From positions 32,001 to 96,000 of the IMG/VR virus record IMGVR_UViG_3300032294_002706: a DNA stretch of 64,000 nt; one strand, 5' to 3'. The translations under genes were made by a program, and so were the position numbers. Below the pieces are notes generated by a model. The model saw only the letters and a list, made by a program, of their open reading frames with translations, did not search any database and was not told the origin of the DNA. This document shows positions 55,599-64,000 of this stretch, in pieces. Origin of the DNA: a virus. The number at the start of each line of letters is the position of its first letter. The stretch's first letter is position 1.

Positions 55599-57170
55599 AT
55601 GAAGTTTGAAGAATTAACAAAGGAACAGGTATTACTAATTTCTGAAATTTACTGGAATAAAGAGTTAAGCTGGGATGACCGAATGAAACAACTTAGCGAT
55701 TATTTAGATAAATCAGAAAGAACTGTTCAAAAATGGTTAGCCAAGCTTGGAATAACCGAGAGTTCTGTTCAAGAATCTCCACAATTAATAAAGGCCAGAG
55801 AAAAAAAGTTCGATAAGAAAAAGAAGCGATTCCTAATCACTTGGGCTCAAAATGATACGCCAGTTCATGAGGCATTCGTTTCTAATCTAGAAGCCTATGC
55901 TCGCGAAATCAATGCGGACATTCATGTTATCGCTGGTCGATACAAAAATCCAACCTCTGTATTTACTGACAAGAACTACGAAACCTGGTCAGACCGAATA
56001 TTAGACTACTTGGATGCGAACCGTCATGAACTTCACAAACACATGTGGATCATGTCAGACGTAAAGATTCAGCCTACTGCCGTTGACCCAATGACCTGTC
56101 TGCAAGGAATGAGCGGAATCAATTCATGCGTTTTTGGATCGCCTAAGGTACATTTAGAAACAATCCCAGTCCTTGAGGGTAATTTACCTAAAATGATGCT
56201 CACGACAGGTGCATGTACTGTTAAAAACTACACGGATTCCAAATCCGGTAAAAAAGGAGAGTTTCATCATACTCTAGGATTCGCAATAGTCGAAATCAAG
56301 AATTCAGACGTATTCTTTGTTCGCCAAGTAACCGCGACTGAGGATGGTGATTTTTACGATCTTAACTATCGAGTTCAGTATGACGAAGACTCTTTTGAGA
56401 GTTCAGTTTCTAAAAACTCGGAAATATCTGCTGCAATTCTTGGAGATCTTCACTATGGTCAGCATGATGAAAGAGTGATTGATAAAACTCTAAAACTCTT
56501 CAAGACCTTGAAACCCGATCACGTGGTCTTGCATGACGTGTTTGACGGACTTTCAATAAATCACCATGAAAGCAAAGACCCATTCATTCAATACCAGAGA
56601 GAAGTCGACGGATCTAACCGATTACGTTGGGAGATAGACGCGATGCTTTCTGGATTAGAAGACTTTGCAGAATACGATGTTACTGTTGTTAGAAGTAATC
56701 ATGATGACTTCTTAGATCGCTGGCTTAAGAGCACCGATTGGAGAAAAGCAACCACTCTTAAAAATTCTTTGGAGTACATGGAGTTCAGCACTCTATTACT
56801 AAAGGGAGAAGCTCCAAACGGAATCATTCCATATCTAATCAAAAAGAAATTTCCAAACTTTAGAACGCTAGGCCGAAGCGACAGTTTCGTGGTCAATGGC
56901 TGGGAGTTAGGTCAACACGGAGATATTGGATCGAACGGATCACGCGGGTCGCTTTTACAATTTAGAAAGTTAAATACTAAAGTAGTAGTTGGCCATTACC
57001 ATTCTCCTGGCAGAAAGGACGGTGCATTAGCGGTCGGAACGTCAACCTTACTGCGAGTCAACTATAACGTAGGTCCTAGTGGTTGGTTACAGTCACACGT
57101 AATCATTCATAAGGATGCAAAAGCACAACATATTAATTTCATTAAGGGCGAATTTACGACCCTATTTTAA
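55599..57170 (+). CDS. Calcineurin-like metallophosphoesterase with N-terminal HTH (resembles the T5 A1 family)
   Basis: GDLH, HDVFD, SNHD, HGD and GHYH motifs; HTH-like LSDYLDKSERTVQKW; ITWAQNDT. Confidence 0.7.
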   Translation: MKFEELTKEQVLLISEIYWNKELSWDDRMKQLSDYLDKSERTVQKWLAKLGITESSVQESPQLIKAREKKFDKKKKRFLITWAQNDTPVHEAFVSNLEAYAREINADIHVIAGRYKNPTSVFTDKNYETWSDRILDYLDANRHELHKHMWIMSDVKIQPTAVDPMTCLQGMSGINSCVFGSPKVHLETIPVLEGNLPKMMLTTGACTVKNYTDSKSGKKGEFHHTLGFAIVEIKNSDVFFVRQVTATEDGDFYDLNYRVQYDEDSFESSVSKNSEISAAILGDLHYGQHDERVIDKTLKLFKTLKPDHVVLHDVFDGLSINHHESKDPFIQYQREVDGSNRLRWEIDAMLSGLEDFAEYDVTVVRSNHDDFLDRWLKSTDWRKATTLKNSLEYMEFSTLLLKGEAPNGIIPYLIKKKFPNFRTLGRSDSFVVNGWELGQHGDIGSNGSRGSLLQFRKLNTKVVVGHYHSPGRKDGALAVGTSTLLRVNYNVGPSGWLQSHVIIHKDAKAQHINFIKGEFTTLF

Positions 57171-57184
57171 ATAACCTAACCCAA

Positions 57185-58480
57185 ATGATAGATTCATCAA
57201 ACATCCAATCCCTTGTAGGAAACCACGTAGCTCCTTACATTTACAATTCCAAAGAATTCATTCCTGGAAAAACTCCGATTTATTATTCTGGTCCCTATTG
57301 GGACAACTGTGAAATTGAAGCAGCAATAAACGCTTTCGTAAACGGTAAATGGATAACTACTGGTGAGAATGTTTTTAAATTTGAGCGAGCCTTTTCTCGT
57401 AGATTTAATGTGAAACATTCGTTAATGGTTAATTCAGGTTCTTCTGCGAACCTAGTGTTAATCACCGCATTAAAAACTAGATTCGGTTGGGAAGATGGAG
57501 ATGAAGTGATCGTTTCGCCTGTTGGATTTCCAACCACAATTTCGGTACTATATCAGAACCGGCTTACTCCGGTTTTTGTCGATATTGAATGGGATACTCT
57601 TAACTTTGATGTTGATAAAATCAAAGAAAAGATTAACTCGAAAACCAAAGCAATCTTTGTTTCTCCAGTACTTGGAAATCCTCCAGATTTTGATAAATTG
57701 CTTGATCTTTGCGAAAAATACGGACTCTTGTTAGTTGGAGACAACTGTGATAGTTTAGGTTCAAAGTGGAATGGCAAGTATCTTAATGAGTACTACATTG
57801 CATTCTCAAATTCATTTTATCCAGCTCACCACATTTCAACTGGAGAAGGTGGAATGGTTTGCACTAATGACGATGACCTTAAAAAGATAATGACCAGCGT
57901 TGCGTGGTGGGGAAGAGACTGTTATTGCGTAGGTTCCGCAAATCTTTTATCTTGTGGAACTTGTGGAAAGCGTTTCGATAAATGGTTAGACACATACGAT
58001 GGAATAATTGATCATAAATACGTGTTCTCAAATATGGGATATAATTTAAAACCATTGGATCTACAAGGAGCTATCGGATTAGAACAATTGAAGAAATTAG
58101 ATGAAATTGAAGCTAACCGCAGAGTATCTCGTGATCGATTAACTGATATATTTACCGATAATATTGTAGGATTAAGAGCACCAAGCGTATTAGATAATGC
58201 GGATCCATGTTGGTTTGGAACACCATTCATTTGTGATGACCCATCTAATCCTGACCTAAAACAACGCTTAGTACAATACTTAGAAGATAATAAGATTCAA
58301 ACTCGTAATTACTTTGCTGGCAATATTTTATTGCATCCTGGATACTCTCATCTAGGAAACTCAGCAGAATTCCCTGAATCCAATAAAGTGCTAGACAAAG
58401 TATTTTTCATTGGGGCTGCACCTCACTACACTGAACCCGTATTTGAATATGTTGAACAAATAGTAAAGAATTTTAAATGA
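57185..58480 (+). CDS. rfbH: NDP-4-keto-6-deoxyhexose 3-dehydratase (RfbH/DdhC, E1 type)
   Basis: VNSGSSANL; SFYPAHHISTGEGG (His in place of the PLP Lys); WGRDCYC...CGTC Fe-S motif; GYNLKP. Confidence 0.88.
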   Translation: MIDSSNIQSLVGNHVAPYIYNSKEFIPGKTPIYYSGPYWDNCEIEAAINAFVNGKWITTGENVFKFERAFSRRFNVKHSLMVNSGSSANLVLITALKTRFGWEDGDEVIVSPVGFPTTISVLYQNRLTPVFVDIEWDTLNFDVDKIKEKINSKTKAIFVSPVLGNPPDFDKLLDLCEKYGLLLVGDNCDSLGSKWNGKYLNEYYIAFSNSFYPAHHISTGEGGMVCTNDDDLKKIMTSVAWWGRDCYCVGSANLLSCGTCGKRFDKWLDTYDGIIDHKYVFSNMGYNLKPLDLQGAIGLEQLKKLDEIEANRRVSRDRLTDIFTDNIVGLRAPSVLDNADPCWFGTPFICDDPSNPDLKQRLVQYLEDNKIQTRNYFAGNILLHPGYSHLGNSAEFPESNKVLDKVFFIGAAPHYTEPVFEYVEQIVKNFK

Positions 58481-59748
58481 TAATAATTTTAGGAGACGGA
58501 TTACTTGCAACCGAAATCGTTAAACAAACTGGTTGGACCCAAGTATCTAGAAACAAGGATGGATTCGATATTACGGATGTTTCTACTTGGAAAAATCTGT
58601 TAGACGGTGCAACCTCCATTGTTAATTGTATTGCCTACACTAATACCTATGACTCTAATAGAGATCCGAATTGGCAAGTTAATGTAGTTGGTGTAAAATC
58701 ACTAATTGACTTCTGTAATCAGCGATCAATTAAATTGATCCACATTTCAACAGATTACGTTTATACTGGATCGGTAAGTCAAGCCTCAGAGACTGATGTA
58801 CCAGTTCATTTGCCTACATGGTACGGCTATTCTAAATTGGTCGGAGATGCATTAGTACAGTTAGAATCAGCAAATTACTTAATATGCAGAGAGTCTCATA
58901 AGCCATATCCATTTCCATACGATAAAGCATGGAATGATCAATTGACTAATGGTGATTTCGTAACAACTATCGCAAGAATAATCATTGATCTAATTAATAA
59001 AAAAGCTACCGGCCTCTACAATGTCGGTACTGACTTGAAAACATGGCACTCACTAACGACTGAAGAGTTTAATACTGATCCAATTGGACGACCGAGTTTT
59101 GCACCAGCTGATATTTCAATGGATATTTCTAAACTGAAAGGATTTCAAAATCAAATCAGCAAAGAATTAGTTATTGCTGCTTACGATAGAGACTATTCGT
59201 GGATTGATCAACTTGACTCAAACGTTAAAACAACCGTTTATAGGAAGGGCGAGCTCGTCCCACCTAGTGAATCTGAGATTTATATTTCAAATAATGTGGG
59301 TAGAGATGTGCATACTTTCTTTTATCATATAGTCAATCGATATGATAGCTTGGCCGATTTCACGTTCTTCTCTCAAGATTATCCATTCGACCATGTTGCA
59401 AATTATATAGATTTAATTAATGGAGACTTTTTAAATTGGACAGCCGATGCCATGTATCAAAATGAAGAAATTTGGTTTTTTGATACGACTTATAGAAGAA
59501 TCTTGGAGACCGATAAATTTGGAAATCCCCATCATGCAGGTTTAGACCTAGAACCGGTTTGGGCAAAAATATTTTCCGAACCTTGCCCAGAGAGCCTTGG
59601 TTTTGTAGCGGCTGGCCATTTTTGTGCTTCTCGAAAGCAACTCCATAAGAAACCAAAGGAATTCTATGAAAAGATTCTTAGAATTCTAGAGGAGGATCCG
59701 CTTTCGCCATGGTGCATTGAACGTTTTGAAATTTACATATTCACATAA
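58477..59748 (+). CDS. RmlD-like NDP-4-ketosugar reductase fused to a DUF3431-like domain
   Basis: IVNCIAYT, HISTDYVY, YGYSKLVGD (YxxxK); C-terminal NVGRDVHTFFYHIVNRYDSLADFTFFSQDYPFDH. Confidence 0.8.
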   Translation: MIIILGDGLLATEIVKQTGWTQVSRNKDGFDITDVSTWKNLLDGATSIVNCIAYTNTYDSNRDPNWQVNVVGVKSLIDFCNQRSIKLIHISTDYVYTGSVSQASETDVPVHLPTWYGYSKLVGDALVQLESANYLICRESHKPYPFPYDKAWNDQLTNGDFVTTIARIIIDLINKKATGLYNVGTDLKTWHSLTTEEFNTDPIGRPSFAPADISMDISKLKGFQNQISKELVIAAYDRDYSWIDQLDSNVKTTVYRKGELVPPSESEIYISNNVGRDVHTFFYHIVNRYDSLADFTFFSQDYPFDHVANYIDLINGDFLNWTADAMYQNEEIWFFDTTYRRILETDKFGNPHHAGLDLEPVWAKIFSEPCPESLGFVAAGHFCASRKQLHKKPKEFYEKILRILEEDPLSPWCIERFEIYIFT

Positions 59749-59779
59749 AAAAAAGCTCCGAAAGGAGCTTTTTCTTTTT
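59748..59779. terminator. Bidirectional terminator with GAAA tetraloop
   Basis: AAAAAAGCTCC-GAAA-GGAGCTTTTT. Confidence 0.88.
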
Positions 59780-61647
59780 TAATCTTCAATATGTATTATT
59801 GGTTCGGGATAGGATTCATCTGTTTCATTAGTCGTCACATTAGGATGATTAATACTCTCAGTTATTGATTCCATTAAATCCTTATTTAGGTTATAGAATT
59901 CTGAATGGACTGATGACGGAGTGTATTCCTTATAGGTACCGTAATTCTTTTCTTTTATTGAATTTAAGATTGTCTCCGATACTGAGTCTGATGCAATTTC
60001 AATTAATTTAGTATCTCTTTTAATGTTCAAGTTTCTTGATCTTTTCTTAGCCAATTCAAGTTGTAAAGCAATATCTTTTATTCTACTAGGCTCTGCTGCA
60101 ATTGACAGCGGTTCGTATTGAGGTTTAATTGATTTAAGAATACTATCAACGTTTCCATCATTGATCACTACGTGTCCTGTAATATTATGAGTATCACTTG
60201 CTACTAATTTATTAAGCGCATTATTCAATGTTTCCTTTTTAAATGGAAATCGTTTTGTCTGTTTTCCTGGATGAATGCAGACCAGAAGGGTTGGTACTCC
60301 AGTTTTTTCAGTTAATGCCTTTGCTGTTTTGCTATGGCCTTTGTGGATTGGCTGAAATTCTGAGATTAACAAATTTACCTTTTTAACTTTACGTTGCTCT
60401 CCTTGTTGTAAATCATAAGTTTCGAAATAGCCTGGAGTCTTTTCATCTCCGACGAATTCACTGAATGATGGAAAATAATTCTCGTATAGTTTTTCTCCCA
60501 TTGCAACCTGATTTAATTTCTCGATTTGGGAAATGAGATTAGCTTTCATTGAATCAGTAAATATCGGAGAATTGATTTTAACCTTCTTTTTACGGAACGT
60601 ATTGATGAAAACTCTGTATATTTCTTTGTAGTTAGGATTCTCTTGTAGGATAGGTATGACGATAGGATCGTTTATTAAGTTCGAGTTAATGTCAAATTCT
60701 TCTCGTTTCAAGAAGTCTGGAACTTGAATATCAAGATCACTGTACTTGTCTCCATATTCATGAATGAATTCTACGAATAGGTGATTAAGCAGAGATACGA
60801 ATCTCTCTTCAACTGTTTCTCCAGAAATTGTGAATGATCTTAGGTCCGAAAGTCTGTAACTCTCAATGAAATTCATTAAGTCGCTCACGATTATCCAAAT
60901 GTAATCATCGCTCTTTTTACCAACTTGAGGTTTAGGTAAGTTCTTTGAATTATCGTAGAATACCGGATCCACTAATTTGGCCAGTATTGCCGAATCGTCC
61001 ATTGTTGATTCATCATCGTAGAATCTAAATACCACTTCATCGATTGAACGATCGTCCACTGAATTTTGAGAATTTTCATCGACGGTTGGGCTAAGTATCG
61101 ATATGAGATGCTTAGTGAATGATTCGGTCTTAAACTTCTCCGATAGCTTTTCCAATGGAGTAAAAATGAACTCTTGGATCTTTACCTGCTGATCTTCAGA
61201 CAACTTTCCTTGGAAAAGAATCGCTGGCTGATTAACGTTTAGGGATCCTGCCCATTTATTAAGTTCCTCCCTATCGTGAATTACGCTAGCTATTTGATAA
61301 TTCTCATCTAGGACTTTAATGTGGCTTATTGTTAGCGGATTCTCTCTACCTGAGGCATAATCAAATCCAAATACGTAATTTTCAGGTAATGATTTTAGTA
61401 TATCACTCCCAAGGCTCTCAAAATGTTTAACGCCTGGTTCGTAGTATTTACTAAGAACCCTGTCGATGTAGCTAATTTTGCTGTCCTTTTTAAAGAAGTT
61501 AAATTTATCTGTACTTGCATCTCTTTTTGCACCAAAGTAGGCGCCTTCTATTTTTTCGTTAATGATGACGGTTTTATTAAGGAGATTCTCCAAGAAGTCC
61601 TTGCCACGTTTTTCATAAACGTCTCTTAAATGTGATAGTCCTGCCAT
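59779..61647 (-). CDS. Fusion of a degenerate ligase-like nucleotidyltransferase domain and an HxGH cytidylyltransferase-like domain
   Basis: INEKIEGAYF (ligase motif I KxDG-like), IDEVVFR, LAKLVD; C-terminal FQPIHKGH...RFPF. Confidence 0.6.
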   Translation of the reverse strand: MAGLSHLRDVYEKRGKDFLENLLNKTVIINEKIEGAYFGAKRDASTDKFNFFKKDSKISYIDRVLSKYYEPGVKHFESLGSDILKSLPENYVFGFDYASGRENPLTISHIKVLDENYQIASVIHDREELNKWAGSLNVNQPAILFQGKLSEDQQVKIQEFIFTPLEKLSEKFKTESFTKHLISILSPTVDENSQNSVDDRSIDEVVFRFYDDESTMDDSAILAKLVDPVFYDNSKNLPKPQVGKKSDDYIWIIVSDLMNFIESYRLSDLRSFTISGETVEERFVSLLNHLFVEFIHEYGDKYSDLDIQVPDFLKREEFDINSNLINDPIVIPILQENPNYKEIYRVFINTFRKKKVKINSPIFTDSMKANLISQIEKLNQVAMGEKLYENYFPSFSEFVGDEKTPGYFETYDLQQGEQRKVKKVNLLISEFQPIHKGHSKTAKALTEKTGVPTLLVCIHPGKQTKRFPFKKETLNNALNKLVASDTHNITGHVVINDGNVDSILKSIKPQYEPLSIAAEPSRIKDIALQLELAKKRSRNLNIKRDTKLIEIASDSVSETILNSIKEKNYGTYKEYTPSSVHSEFYNLNKDLMESITESINHPNVTTNETDESYPEPIIHIED

Positions 61648-61652
61648 ATTGG

Positions 61653-62261
61653 TTATTTATTAGGCTCAATGCCCAATAGCTTGCAGCATTCGTTATTAAA
61701 TGAAACTACTGATGTTTCATCAAAGTGATTGAAAACGAAACTTAGTCCGTTATTTTTAGTAGTATCCGAAAGGCCTCTTAGCCCGGACTCTATTAAGTTA
61801 GCCATTAACTGTTGTTCTTCAACCGTTGAGTGAGTGCCGTCCCAAGTGTCTTTGACTCTGCTTGAATCGCCAGTTTGACCAGCGACTGACACGACCAGAG
61901 TTTTGGAATTTTTATAGAGATCCGAGCTTACAAGCTTAAGAAACTCAAGCTCAGCTCGACTTCGACCCAGTCGCTTTCTCAGTATTGCCCAAGTATAAGC
62001 AGATATGATAGCTCTGTCAAATATCCAAATTTTATCCTTGTATTCGGGTCGTAAGTTCATTTCCATAATGGTCATGATGTTACCTAAACTGAAATAGTGT
62101 AGTGCAGGAGTTGCATCAAGATCAACAAGATCAAGTGCCTTTACGTGATTCGCAAAATAGAACTTATAGTACTCGATTCTTGGATCCTTGTGAGTTTCAA
62201 TGAATTGATTAATTAGGAACGTTTTGCCTGATCCCCTGGCGCCTTCTATTATTAGTAGCAT
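61653..62261 (-). CDS. Thymidylate/dNMP-kinase-like P-loop kinase
   Basis: MLLIIEGARGSGKT...WIFDRAIISAYTW; ATG 62261 preferred as start. Confidence 0.75.
   Translation of the reverse strand: MLLIIEGARGSGKTFLINQFIETHKDPRIEYYKFYFANHVKALDLVDLDATPALHYFSLGNIMTIMEMNLRPEYKDKIWIFDRAIISAYTWAILRKRLGRSRAELEFLKLVSSDLYKNSKTLVVSVAGQTGDSSRVKDTWDGTHSTVEEQQLMANLIESGLRGLSDTTKNNGLSFVFNHFDETSVVSFNNECCKLLGIEPNK
61654..61661 (-). promoter_or_regulatory. Late promoter motif AATAAATA
   Basis: 6 nt upstream of ATG 61647. Confidence 0.5.
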
Positions 62262-62788
62262 AATAATTTTAATCTTTCTACTTTTGAAAATTTTTCTAGG
62301 GATCTTGCTGAATCCCAATCTATTTTAATTATTGTGCTCTTATCGACAAAAATGAAATCGACAGTAGCATTTAGTTCAGTATATAAAAAGTAAGAGGTGT
62401 ACTTAATGATTTCCCAAAGAGAATCCTCAAATATCGTAATTGAGTCAGCTTCAGTAGTTTCTACCAATTCAATGACGGTCTCAGCCTTATCGCTTTCTCT
62501 TCCCAAGAAATAGGTTTTATCGAACCTAATATTATACTCAGAAAGTAGATCCAGAACAGCTGATTCGCAAGCTTTAACTCGATGAGTTATCAAGTAGTTA
62601 AGACAATTGTCTCCAGTTCTGTCAATTGTGTTTGAGATTCCTCTAATGTTGAACTTTTTTGAGAGTGATTCCGGCGAATCGAACCATTGATAGGGTTCCA
62701 TGCCCTTAGCTTCACCGCATGTGTAACCTGGCACCCTAAATAAGGTTTCATCAAAATCAAATATGTTAATGTGTGGTCCGTTTTCCAT
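62252..62788 (-). CDS. HAD-family phosphatase
   Basis: IFDFDETLF, LITHR, DKAE, IFEDS. Confidence 0.8.
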   Translation of the reverse strand: MENGPHINIFDFDETLFRVPGYTCGEAKGMEPYQWFDSPESLSKKFNIRGISNTIDRTGDNCLNYLITHRVKACESAVLDLLSEYNIRFDKTYFLGRESDKAETVIELVETTEADSITIFEDSLWEIIKYTSYFLYTELNATVDFIFVDKSTIIKIDWDSARSLEKFSKVERLKLLCY

Positions 62789-62839
62789 AGGCTATTTTAC
62801 TGATAAATAACTTAGTAGTTTTATCTAATATACTAAATA

Positions 62840-63307
62840 ATGAACAGAGTACTCAGACATACACGCGAACACATGGGCAACCGCTATCACCTTGTTAGGG
62901 AATGCGTGCAGGCTCAAAAACCTTTCGCGATCTATAATTTCACAAATTCCAAGCAATATAATCAATTTCTTTACGATTTGGACAACTACGGTAAGCTTAG
63001 TTACGTTTTACAGACAATCACTTCAGTTGACATGTCTAATAGAGTTAGACGAGTTTTTCCAAGCGTCTTTGTAACCAATGAAGGTACTGATATTAACCTA
63101 GACCAATTCAAAGAAATGGTTAAAGGCTCAATAAAGCACTACAACTTAGACTCAATCGTATGCCTATACGACGGTGCTGTGTCGGTTTTTTATAAGAACG
63201 GCGAACACCATGAAATTGGAAGCTCTCTATACGCTAGCAGTAGCATTCAGGAGTTTAACAGTGATTTTTATCAAATCGAAGGCATCTATTATTGTTTTAT
63301 CAGATAA
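62840..63307 (+). CDS. Hypothetical protein
   Basis: 155-aa ORF with GATAAATA at 62802-62809 upstream. Confidence 0.65.
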   Translation: MNRVLRHTREHMGNRYHLVRECVQAQKPFAIYNFTNSKQYNQFLYDLDNYGKLSYVLQTITSVDMSNRVRRVFPSVFVTNEGTDINLDQFKEMVKGSIKHYNLDSIVCLYDGAVSVFYKNGEHHEIGSSLYASSSIQEFNSDFYQIEGIYYCFIR

Positions 63308-63333
63308 AACTTCGGTCAATATCTTGATAGAAT
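63307..63333 (+). promoter_or_regulatory. Putative early/middle promoter AAAC-N17-TAGAAT
   Basis: Recurring motif; the -10 box lies only 6 nt from the ATG. Confidence 0.6.
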
Positions 63334-63339
63334 ATAAAG

Positions 63340-63780
63340 ATGGAAGAAACTACCCAAAAAAGAACGATTGCCGAAGTATTTAGAGATAAGCGAGAGCTCT
63401 TCTCCGGCGAAATTTACATAGGAATCAAGTTACTTGAAAACGTACGTAAGATTCCAGAAGCCCAAGTAACTTTCTTGAGCTTAAGACAGAGAATGCTGGA
63501 AGAAAACCACACTCTGATCGAACACTTCACTCAGTTAAAAAAGACATATCGTGAGAAAAAGGGAGAAGAATGGGTTGATGCTTCAAAAAGTCATCAAGTC
63601 AGATACAATTCCAATGAAAAGAACACGATAGTTGACGGTAAGACTGCCTCAATCAAGGAAAAGCTTGAACAGGTTGAAAACCAGATAGGATTCTATGCAG
63701 AATCAATCAAAACAATAGACGCTGTCCTCTTTGGGATCAAAACTCGTCTAGACGTTCAAAAGCTCCTTGATGGGCATTAA
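63340..63780 (+). CDS. uvsY: UvsY-like recombination mediator
   Basis: About 146-aa coiled coil ending IKTIDAVLFGIKTRLD; adjacent to uvsW. Confidence 0.6.
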   Translation: MEETTQKRTIAEVFRDKRELFSGEIYIGIKLLENVRKIPEAQVTFLSLRQRMLEENHTLIEHFTQLKKTYREKKGEEWVDASKSHQVRYNSNEKNTIVDGKTASIKEKLEQVENQIGFYAESIKTIDAVLFGIKTRLDVQKLLDGH

Positions 63781-63796
63781 AATTATTGACACTTAA

Positions 63797-64000
63797 TTGT
63801 TAACATTTAAAGTTACAGAGGACCGTCGTCATCTACAATTAGTCTCTCACGACCTAAAGGGTGAGCTTAAGGACTTGCAACTCTATTTTAAAAAGAGACA
63901 AAAGGGCTATCACTTCAATAAACTTTACAAACGAAAACTTTGGGATGGATTTGATAAATTCATTGATCCTGAACTAAAAATTGGGGTCGGTTTATGGAAA
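63797..64000 (+). CDS. uvsW: UvsW-like helicase, N-terminus (3' truncated by window edge)
   Basis: Hand translation from TTG: MLTFKVTEDRRHLQL...GYHFNKLYKRKLWDGFDKF...IGVGLWK, containing the UvsW Y.F...Y....WDG motif. Confidence 0.75.
   Translation, partial: MLTFKVTEDRRHLQLVSHDLKGELKDLQLYFKKRQKGYHFNKLYKRKLWDGFDKFIDPELKIGVGLWK

Noticed and set aside
1-64000. Stop-codon reassignment, as seen in some large phages
   Set aside because: Conserved genes are full length in code 11, coding density is high, and TAG (28213) and TGA (29625) end genes at the expected positions.
1-64000. tRNA/rRNA genes, integrase, transposase or homing endonuclease
   Set aside because: None were recognised by eye. Intergenic gaps are short and explained by promoters and terminators, and nrdA, nrdB, uvsX and the helicase gene are uninterrupted. 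A tRNAscan/Infernal run would be needed to exclude small RNAs.

Overview
This window is an AT-rich, gene-dense segment of a large T4-like (jumbo) myophage genome read in standard code 11. I saw no rRNA, tRNA, CRISPR array or mobile element. A-rich starts without Shine-Dalgarno sites and an Hc1-type histone-like gene suggest a Bacteroidota host (inference). The + strand carries mostly replication and metabolism genes: groEL end, S1-like protein, nrdB/nrdA, gp32 SSB, RNase H, groES, dCTPase/dUTPase, the N-terminal half of a family-B DNA polymerase, uvsX, gp41 helicase, gp47/gp46, a gp42-like dCMP-modifying enzyme, dCMP deaminase, uvsY and uvsW. The - strand carries mostly virion genes: tail sheath, tail tube, major capsid protein, prohead protease/scaffold and baseplate. 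There are also two sugar/glycosylation gene blocks. Main observations from the sequence: (1) two recurring promoter motifs, AAAC-N17-TAnaAt before replication genes and T4-late-like (T/A/G)ATAAATA before virion genes; (2) about 15 unrelated proteins with a T4 capsid-targeting-like motif; (3) a protein whose C-terminus copies the major-capsid N-arm; (4) a scaffold gene apparently nested in the protease gene; (5) a glycosyltransferase/methyltransferase operon behind a late motif, plus 3,6-dideoxysugar genes; (6) an Asp-type (cytosine-specific) thymidylate-synthase homolog; (7) a degenerate SET domain between gp47 and gp46; (8) gene remnants, including a RuvC fragment. All product calls come from motif recognition by eye; no database search was run.
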